Shown: positions 51,001-58,100 of the stretch, one piece after another
Layout: the number at the start of each line of letters is the position of its first letter
Position numbering within the stretch: position 1 is the first letter of the stretch
Assembly (NCBI RefSeq): GCF_000002075.1
Contig: NW_004797493.1
Coordinates: 457,022 to 521,021 of the forward strand
DNA: 64,000 bases
Origin: Aplysia californica
Lineage: Eukaryota
Direction of reading: 5' to 3'
Notes under the pieces: generated by a model
The model's database searches: none
Told to the model about the DNA's origin: nothing
Seen by the model: the letters and a program-made list of their open reading frames with translations, nothing else
Translations under genes and position numbers: made by a program

Positions 51001-51639
51001 TCGCATTACTTTCGAACCACCAATAATGTGTTGTAAGGATTGACATGCCTATGACCTATGATGACCCACTTTCAATGGCTCAAAGTCCTTGTAACTGTAA
51101 AATTACATTTCAAGTCAGGAATCTTGTGATGCTCCAAAAAGATCATCTAGGAATTCATCATGGTGAATGAACTTTTATAAAAGTGAAGAATAAGACATGA
51201 TGATTGATAGAGATGAATGAAAATCCTAAGGTCAGTCAAAGAATGTCTGCATGCAAGAGAGTAGACGTAATAAAATAAAATATATTCTTTAGAAAATAGA
51301 AACTGTAGGCACGAGAAAGTTTCAGAAAGTGAAAGAACTGGGATGAATGGTGACACTGGTTAGAACACACCTAGGCCTAGGAATATCGGAGATAATGATA
51401 TTGACTTTTCCTTTTATCTCACCATTTGCACATTAGTAGAGACCTTGTAGGCTAATTAGTAGTGTGAGTGTAGGTAAGGCCCAGGAGGGTAAGCTGCATC
51501 ATGCAACTTTGTCTTTGACTCATCAGTCAATTTTTATTGTACAGACACAGTGACACAGTTCAGAAAAAGAAACTAACCTCTGTTTAGCTGCCTTGAGCAA
51601 GCCTGAAACAGCCCCACTAGCTCTCTTAAATATGTGCAT
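23888..51639 (-). CDS. PITRM1: Presequence protease, mitochondrial (pitrilysin M16C metallopeptidase), 26 coding exons, ~1016 aa
   Basis: All exons are GT-AG and phase-consistent; motifs [62 protein letters not shown]; basic N-terminus resembling a mitochondrial targeting peptide. Confidence 0.97.
24610..24743 (-). CDS. PITRM1: PITRM1 exon 25
   Basis: [44 protein letters not shown]. Confidence 0.93.
25089..25887. mobile_element. MITE with ~34-bp TIRs, containing a nested element (25580-25819)
   Basis: GGTCTAGAGGAAAACTATTCTAAATGACAT / ATGTCACTTAGAATAATTTTCCTCTAGACC; inner TIR CCCTATCCGTACG / CGTACGGATAGGG-TTAA. Confidence 0.8.
26120..26747. mobile_element. TTAA-target (piggyBac-like) MITE
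   Basis: TTAA|CTCTTTCCGGACGTA ... TACGCCCGGAAAGAG|TTAA. Confidence 0.88.
27115..27229 (-). CDS. PITRM1: PITRM1 exon 24
   Basis: [38 protein letters not shown]. Confidence 0.94.
27538..27965. repeat. Inverted repeat (27538-27685) followed by ~60-bp degenerate tandem repeats
   Basis: GTATCTCCATT...TAACAGTGAAAA / TTTTCACTGTTA...AATGGAGATAC; repeated ATAAGCCCAGACCTAACTTC...CCGTCGAAT. Confidence 0.7.
28683..28751 (-). CDS. PITRM1: PITRM1 exon 23
   Basis: [23 protein letters not shown]. Confidence 0.94.
29730..29783 (-). CDS. PITRM1: PITRM1 exon 22
   Basis: [18 protein letters not shown]. Confidence 0.92.
30040..30378 (+). mobile_element. Dispersed DNA-transposon-like repeat (other copies at ~49868-50280 and ~59028-59463)
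   Basis: Shared ...CCTCTGAA...AGATGATA...AAAATTGACGAGCGCCTGATTCCAC..CGTCGTGACAC end. Confidence 0.7.
31218..31330 (-). CDS. PITRM1: PITRM1 exon 21
   Basis: [37 protein letters not shown]. Confidence 0.92.
31884..31992 (-). CDS. PITRM1: PITRM1 exon 20
   Basis: [36 protein letters not shown]. Confidence 0.9.
32462..32562 (-). CDS. PITRM1: PITRM1 exon 19
   Basis: [34 protein letters not shown]. Confidence 0.92.
33240..33850 (-). mobile_element. L2/CR1-clade LINE 3' fragment
   Basis: [12 protein letters not shown]...RLQTVQN...[14 protein letters not shown]...APSYL...GERAY; tail GAGCTATATAAAT...ATTATTA. Confidence 0.88.
34258..34423 (-). CDS. PITRM1: PITRM1 exon 18
   Basis: [33 protein letters not shown]...EMFYGYSQ. 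Confidence 0.93.
35134..35331 (-). CDS. PITRM1: PITRM1 exon 17
   Basis: [26 protein letters not shown]...[24 protein letters not shown]. Confidence 0.93.
35819..35948 (-). CDS. PITRM1: PITRM1 exon 16
   Basis: [42 protein letters not shown]. Confidence 0.93.
36398..36514 (-). CDS. PITRM1: PITRM1 exon 15
   Basis: [38 protein letters not shown]. Confidence 0.92.
36715..37227. mobile_element. TTAA-target MITE
   Basis: TTAA|CTCACTCAACTCTAG ... CTAGGGCTGAGTGAG|TAAA. Confidence 0.75.
37776..37914 (-). CDS. PITRM1: PITRM1 exon 14
   Basis: [46 protein letters not shown]. Confidence 0.93.
38333..38467 (-). CDS. PITRM1: PITRM1 exon 13
   Basis: [45 protein letters not shown]. Confidence 0.93.
39304..39400 (-). 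CDS. PITRM1: PITRM1 exon 12
   Basis: [32 protein letters not shown]. Confidence 0.93.
39918..41000 (-). mobile_element. RTE-like LINE 3' fragment interrupted by a hAT MITE
   Basis: Encodes [30 protein letters not shown]; (GTAAA)-like tail; same family on + at ~50670-50863. Confidence 0.75.
40201..40791. mobile_element. Non-autonomous hAT element
   Basis: TIR TAGGGCTGG / CCAGCCCTA; perfect 8-bp TSD ATGCAGAC (40193-40200, 40792-40799); subterminal GAATCG/CGATTC repeats. Confidence 0.92.
41040..41150 (-). mobile_element. Degenerate tRNA-derived SINE head
   Basis: Reverse strand GGGTTCAAGGC (B-box-like) followed by TTGTGTCCTTGGGAAAGGTGCTT. Confidence 0.5.
41263..41376 (-). CDS. PITRM1: PITRM1 exon 11
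   Basis: [38 protein letters not shown]. Confidence 0.93.
41575..41747 (+). mobile_element. ~180-bp short retroposon copy
   Basis: Family consensus; TSD TAAACA(T/C)TGTAC. Confidence 0.85.
42035..42163 (-). CDS. PITRM1: PITRM1 exon 10
   Basis: [43 protein letters not shown]. Confidence 0.92.
42794..42882 (-). CDS. PITRM1: PITRM1 exon 9
   Basis: [29 protein letters not shown]. Confidence 0.92.
43611..43734 (-). CDS. PITRM1: PITRM1 exon 8 (alternative duplicated acceptor would extend it to 43875)
   Basis: [41 protein letters not shown]. Confidence 0.92.
43696..43972 (-). repeat. 141-bp tandem duplication spanning the PITRM1 intron 7/exon 8 junction
   Basis: Two similar units, each with poly-T plus CCCCACAG acceptor and FFTxGxLPLEEH. 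Confidence 0.95.
44322..44920. mobile_element. CpG-rich non-autonomous DNA transposon
   Basis: TIR TAGACCTGCATGT / ACATGCAGGTCTA flanked by AATATT on both sides. Confidence 0.8.
45119..45307 (+). mobile_element. ~180-bp short retroposon copy
   Basis: Family consensus; TSD AGACCC(T/A)TTAA. Confidence 0.85.
45499..45659 (-). CDS. PITRM1: PITRM1 exon 7
   Basis: [54 protein letters not shown]. Confidence 0.94.
46254..46350 (-). CDS. PITRM1: PITRM1 exon 6
   Basis: [32 protein letters not shown]. Confidence 0.95.
46836..46897 (+). mobile_element. Tail-only copy of the same retroposon family
   Basis: GGCGCTCATATGACCTTATGCAGTTGCGAGTGCCGTAAAACCTCTACTAAAAC. Confidence 0.75.
47018..47132 (-). CDS. 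PITRM1: PITRM1 exon 5
   Basis: [37 protein letters not shown]. Confidence 0.94.
47491..47630 (-). CDS. PITRM1: PITRM1 exon 4 (HXXEH zinc site; acceptor lies in the N-gap)
   Basis: [46 protein letters not shown]. Confidence 0.95.
48409..48515 (-). CDS. PITRM1: PITRM1 exon 3
   Basis: [36 protein letters not shown]. Confidence 0.93.
49100..49193 (-). CDS. PITRM1: PITRM1 exon 2
   Basis: [31 protein letters not shown]. Confidence 0.9.
50670..50863 (+). mobile_element. RTE-like LINE 3' end
   Basis: [32 protein letters not shown]; (GTAAA)n tail. Confidence 0.75.
51578..51639 (-). CDS. PITRM1: PITRM1 exon 1 (targeting peptide)
   Basis: [21 protein letters not shown]|gttagt; phase 2 matches exon 2. 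Confidence 0.8.
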
Positions 51640-51763
51640 TCTTGTAGTTAGAAAAAATACTGTCACGAACAAATGAAATGATTTAATTTAGCGTGTCTAC
51701 GAGACATTAATTTTCATTAGAGAAGACTAAAGTCATGTCCTGATGAAACAGTGACCCATGGGG

Positions 51764-51775
51764 GCGGCCATCTTG
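51764..51775 (-). promoter_or_regulatory. YY1-type motif CAAGATGGCCGC
   Basis: GCGGCCATCTTG on the + strand, oriented with PITRM1. Confidence 0.55.
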
Positions 51776-51996
51776 GAAATGTTTTTACTATTAGTACAAT
51801 ATATGTGTCAACGAAGAAAACCATTCAGTTCCCATGAAAGTACTAAACTCTTTATTCTTTATTAAAATGGAAGTTTTCCAGAAAAAGGTCTTCTGTTCAA
51901 AATCAAATCTGCATTTGTTTTTCAAAACTGAAGATTGGTTTACAGTTTGTTAAATAAGAATCCACTTTTTCTATTTGCACACGGGTCGTTGGATTC

Positions 51997-52009
51997 GTTG
52001 CTAGGAAAT
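51997..52009 (+). promoter_or_regulatory. RFX X-box-like motif GTTGCTAGGAAAT
   Basis: One mismatch to GTTGCT-A-GGAAAC, ~145 bp upstream of the ATG of a ciliary gene. Confidence 0.5.
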
Positions 52010-52153
52010 GGTCAACAACCATGATGGAGGCCGCTGTGGAGTTTTGGCACTGTTAAACTTGCGTTTTCGAACAAATACATAAAAAGATATTCAATTTATC
52101 TTTTTTACTTTTTAGTGAATGTGCTTTTGATTGATCTTCTTTGAATAGGAATC

Positions 52154-52240
52154 ATGGCTGCACAAGTAAAGCTTCCTGACATTCAGGGAAAGAGCATTTA
52201 TGAAGGAAGATTTGTTGACAGAGCTCCCGAGTGCAGAGCT
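52154..52240 (+). CDS. EFHB: EFHB exon 1 (coding)
   Basis: MAAQVKLPDIQGKSIYEGRFVDRAPECRA|gtgagt. Confidence 0.8.
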
Positions 52241-55005
52241 GTGAGTTTTAATTTGTATAAATTTAAATTGATGGTAATGCATTTCAGGGAGGCTTGTAGT
52301 CATAAGATAATTTTTTTCAGTCCTTTTATCTCAACAGTCCCATCCAAACAAGGAACAACGAAAGTCTTTAATTTTATACTTCGACATATTCTCTTTATAG
52401 CCAGGGCATGCAGTGATCTGAATCTGAGTTTGGACGGAGTGTATGATTGAGGAACACAATTTTAGCCTGTATACTGAGATCACCCCAAGCTTTTGGCAGC
52501 TTAGTTAATAAAATATTTAAAGTAGTCGACCTTTTTTCTTGTACCCTGCTCCTGAAAGGTGATAGGAAGAGGATTTTTTCCAGTGAGACTAGATCTCTAT
52601 ATGACATACGATTTCAATTAAGATAAGCATGGATTTCAATTAAGATAAAATAATTGCTTGAAATATTCACTTTCAACTTTTAGCTATTGAACTTTCTGAA
52701 TTTAGAATGAATTTTGCATTTGTAGGGCATTAGTATTTATACATTTCTCCCTGCAAAATAAAAATGTTTCAATTCACTGCCTTTGCTTTCTTTTTAGCGA
52801 GATTTTTTTTTCAAAGAAAACCTGTACCATTTACCCATGCAACTTATTTATACACTTAATTGTAGGCCTTATTATTTGAAATATTCAATTAATACTGTAA
52901 CTAATTAAGTCCATTATTCTGGTACATGAATGTATAAATTAGATCTAAATTTTTTTTTCCAGTGTATGATTGTTAATTCTGTTTTAAATTAATTTGAAAC
53001 AGTTTATATTGTTTTAATACAAAATACAGGATTGAATTATGTGTACTCAGTTACAACTATAGCGTTACAATATTATTATGTTCAAACAACTGCAATAGCA
53101 CTTGCATGACAAATTTATAAATTATCACTCTGATTGATTTCTTTGTAGGCTGGCAAGTTGACATCTTCTGGTGATACAACTGAACAGTGTTTGCGTCCAA
53201 AAGATACACGGGTGAGTTTCATCATACATCTTTTTAAAAAAAAAGATTAGCCTAGAGAAAAACATTTTGAAAATGCTAACTTTTGAGGTACAGTATATTT
53301 TTAACCAAGCATTTTGGCTTAGTTCTTTCAGAGTTCTATTATAGAGAAAAGTGTCTGCACAATTATTCTTTTAAAGGGCAGGGACAGTGGAAGATATACA
53401 GAAAACTGTTGAGATGTGATGAAGATTTAGAGGATTTGAATATTTTCCATCATAAACACCTTTGATTTTAAAAAGGGGATACCAGGCTAATGAGTTAATT
53501 TGCGGGCACTGTTAGAAACTATTCTTAATGTGTATCGTTCTCATTTGTAATTGGAAAGCAAAAGTTCAATCTTATAACAACACTTTAGGTCTATTTCACC
53601 TGCTGCACTTTTTTTCCTATAGAAAGTAGAGGAGCAAAATCAAAATTTTTGTGTAATGACTTAAGAAGCCAATTTTCTCTCTTGCCTTTAAGAAATAAAT
53701 TTTAAAATGTCATCCACTAGCCTCCATCTCCTGATGTGATACGCAAGTTTCGGGCAACAGTGCGACCAGATGCTGGTCAAATGCGTGTCTTCTATGGGAA
53801 GGCTTATGACCCTCACCGTCAATGGGCTGTAGAGATGACCCATGGTGTAAACACACAGCCTTCAAGCTCATCAAAAGAAACTGTGAATCCTCCTCCGAAC
53901 ACTTTATTTCAACAAAGAATTATTGACAGGTAATTATATGCCCTGAATTTTGTGTCTGATAAAAAAGACAGTATGAATTCCTGTAAATGGTTTATTAATA
54001 GAAAAAAAAATAATGGCAACCATGCCAAATGTAGACATGCATAGTACCCAAATATAGCTGTATTTCAAGAAGATGTTGATAGTTGGGTGAAGTGTGTCAG
54101 CCAATAAACTGCATCTTTAATCTGTGGTTTTAGTTCCGCATTCAGTCGTTTTGAGTTACATTTTAAAATCATTGTCTGAATAAATTTTGTTGAGAATGAT
54201 ATGAAGTTGTAATTTTCAAGGATAGTAAGCTTCATCGCAGACCTGTTGGCGTCCACCTTTTGATATCCTTTTCTTAGCATGAACTTTAGCTGTTTTCATA
54301 TTGATATGGTCTTGAAATGTAATTATTTTTGTGTCATTACATCTATAATATAAACCTCTTCACTTTATTCTCATCAGGAAGGAGGGTTGCTACCAGAGCC
54401 ACATCAGAGCACCTCTAGGAAAATCTCATGATCAAGCACATGGCCTCCCTAAAGGCTTGGATAAAACTCAATTCACTTTTGGCATCCCCACTCAGCTTGG
54501 TATGTAGGCAGTCGTCACTTACAGATGAAGTTTATGCTTTTGTTATTTGTACAGTGGATAAAACCAAAGTTGAACATGCATAACTTGAAAATGAAGGCTC
54601 CTCAAACTGAGATCTTGGTCATGATGTTATTCCTGAATTTGAGTGTGGTTTGTGTTATCCCATCAGAAACGATTCAAATATATGCTATTTGTTGTGCTTT
54701 AGTGAAAAAAATCTTTGTGCTGAAAGGGGGATAAAATAAAGAAAACTTGATGGTAGTGGTTTAACAATGTTACTCTATAAACGTAGCCCTTCTATGAGGC
54801 AATTAGAAAAAACTCTCTCACGTTGGATTAGTGATGGAACTAGCAGGCTTTGATGGGTTGGTCAAAGAGATAAAAGAGATTGCAGTGAAAAAGATGGGTG
54901 TTGAGATGGAGCTGATAGGCTTGCTGTGTCATCTAGGGTGGTGTGCAGTATGAAGCTGAGAAAAATTCACATGAGTTTGATAGTATGCATGTTCACACAC
55001 ACACA

Positions 55006-55059
<54 letters not shown>

Positions 55060-55159
55060 NNNNNNNNNNNNNNNNNNNNNNNNNNNNNNNNNNNNNNNNN
55101 NNNNNNNNNNNNNNNNNNNNNNNNNNNNNNNNNNNNNNNNNNNNNNNNNNNNNNNNNNN

Positions 55160-55198
<39 letters not shown>

Positions 55199-58100
55199 AC
55201 ACACACACATACACACTCAAACACACACACACACACACACATTAAACTCTTCATTTCCGGCAAGCCGCTACCAGCGACTTGCAGTTGAGTTGGAACCCCT
55301 GTGCAGGTAAACCAATGACAGCGGCTCGGGCACATTCCTTTATATTGACTTTGACGTCAAATTATTTTTCGGCTATTGCCGAAAACAGGTCTCTGATATC
55401 AGGATTTTATTCATTAGATGAAGAGCTGTCAAAATAGGTTGACTTGTTTTGATTTAATTTATCAATTTAGTGACGGTTTTCGTCATTTTCAGATTTAGTA
55501 CTAAAAAAGGGCCCCGACATAATGGGTTTACCCCCCTCGGAGATGGAGAGTTAACGCACACACTAACACACATGCTTACACACATACGCATAGATATTCT
55601 TATACCACAACTTAGCACTGATACCAGCTTATTTTTATTGTCCAAGTTATTGCCTAAGAATTCTTTACTTGTATTATGTGAACCTATTCATCAACAGTTT
55701 TTCTATGGTCTTGTCACCTCGAATTTTGAGGTGAACTTTTTTTTCTTCGTGCAAGACAGTGTACATTTATTTTGTTACTGTTGCTGTCATGCTATTTAGA
55801 GAAATGTTGTGTAATGATGCAATCATTATGAGAAGTTTTTCTCTTACTTTTGACCAGATATTGGAGCAGGAGGTTTGATCAACCCCAACAAAAATTATGA
55901 AAGGGTTTTCAAAGAGGCTCATGAGGGCCATGAGATTTATGTTAAGTCTCATGCTGACTACTACCCTTTGGAACGTGTCTGTCGCAGCTACACCAGCCCA
56001 AACTTTCACCCTCAGGTAGGAATGTTTTGTGACTCTTTGGAAGTACAAAAATACTCTAAGTGCATATAAAATGTGTGTATGTTCTGCTTAAAGGTTGGGA
56101 AATGACTTTGTTGATTTTACCTTCTTATCCTTGTCTATGAATATTGTAGATGAGACAGTAACTGCAACTTAATTCATTTCTTGTTACTACATTATATTGT
56201 TTTATATTTCCTTTAACCAAATTTTCTTTTGAACTTTTTCTTGTTTTATGAATTCAAATATATCAGTAAGCATTCACCATCTTCTGTTGTCTCTTTTTTT
56301 TCTATTCTACTTTGAATACATACCTTTATAGAGTATCCTTTTTTTTTCATGACCTTATATGGACATGACAAACACAATTTTTTTTTTGTCAAATGAAAGC
56401 CTTACTTGCAATGATGTACCAGTAACCATATTCTTTAAATACTTGTCCATACAGAAGTGCTATGGATTGCCCACCCCTCACTGCAATGATGGCAAGCGCA
56501 CTAAAGAGACTCTGACTTGGATTCATGAGACACAAGGAGACAAGGCTGCCAAGATTGTCAGTAAAAGACTTGATGATTTCCGTGAGAAGTCGCAGCCTCA
56601 GCTTGGGCAAGTGCATGACCCGTAAGTTCATCATGGACTTTCTCTCTTCTTTGTTATTTAAATCAACACCTGATCTTAGTTAAATTTAATGTATATTATT
56701 TTGTGAGATTTGTCCTGCATGCAGCTACCATAGACTTATATTTTTATGCCTGTTTCAATTTGAATGTAACATGATGTCCTTGCATGAAAGGACTATGAGC
56801 CTTGGCATGAAAGTGTGATGCTTTTAGGTGATGCAAGTAGGATAAATATTCCCCTTATTTGCACAAATCTTTTTGAAGTAGTTATAATTGCAGTAGAAAC
56901 ATTGAATTGTGATCTAGCTTGTATGTAACTTGTATTTTATGTACATAATTTGTAGGCCTATATATGTTATTTTGGTTCAATTCAAGTTATCTTAACATGT
57001 GTCTACATTTATCTTCTTTTTTATTTTTTGCCTTCACTTGCTGGAAAATCTCTGGAGAAGTTTAATTCGGTTTAACTATGTACCTTGACTTTTACATGTG
57101 AAGTTGTATTTTTTTTTCAAAAGTACACCGCAGCATCCCTCGCATTCAAGGTAGCCATATAAGCCTTTCTTATCACTGACACTGACTTCATTTTCTTCAA
57201 GGTTTTGCGAGCACTGCCCTCATCAACTTTGTACTACTATAGTGTATTCAGCATGTACTAAGTGTACCCCATTGTTTTGTTTTCTGTGCTTTTCCAAGAA
57301 GACTAGATACTATTTGGTACCCAAAGTAGAGTAAAGGGTGTAAAATCAGAGGAAAAAAACCCCCACTCATGTTCTACAATATCCATGTGCTTGAATTAAC
57401 CCAGATAAATCTAGAATACTTCGGTTGGAGAGACCCACACCTCGTACCTCCTTGCTGACATCAAAGACCCCTACCCACTTGATTATTGATGTTATTAAGC
57501 AAATTCTTTTTGAACTATTTGCGCTTTTCATGCACAAATGAAGCAAAGGTTTGGTAATCATGACTCTTTTCCTTCTTTCCCAGGATCAAGGATACACTGC
57601 GTGTACCTCCTGACCACACCTTTGGCATTCTGCACAAACCAGATCCTTATGGAGCGGGAGATGTAATCCACAACCGCAAGATGGACAACATCCTCCGGGG
57701 CAAGGAGAGCCAGAGAGCTATAGTAGCTGCGATGAGGCAACAGCTCAAGAAACTCAACTATCACCACTTTGACAATCTACTGGAGGCTTTCCGATTTTAT
57801 GATCAAGTAAGCAGTTGATATGTTTGATTTGTTGGGCTTGTCTTTTTAAAAAATTTGTTACTGCAGCTTCTCTTTTTTGTCGAAAGGAATTGCTTGTAAT
57901 GTGTAGATTGTGAAATGTCATGACTATGTTGTGTCATTTCCAAATTAAAGTTTTATATAAATACATGCACCTTTTCAGAACAATTTGATTGCTGACTGGT
58001 TCATGGCAATGACGGTACCAGCTTATGTGGCATAAATGAACTTGTATTGTTCTTTACTTCTGGTTTGCTAAATGCATCATTTATATTTCTAGGAAGGGAA

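Larger units (their letters stand above)
51640..52153. promoter_or_regulatory. Bidirectional promoter / 5'UTRs shared by PITRM1 and EFHB
   Basis: 514 bp between divergent start codons; strand skew flips here. Confidence 0.75.

Noticed and set aside
54926-55335. HTHT/CVCV ORFs, YIYI ORFs at 63306-63588 and X-containing ORFs
   Set aside because: Microsatellite and N-gap artefacts
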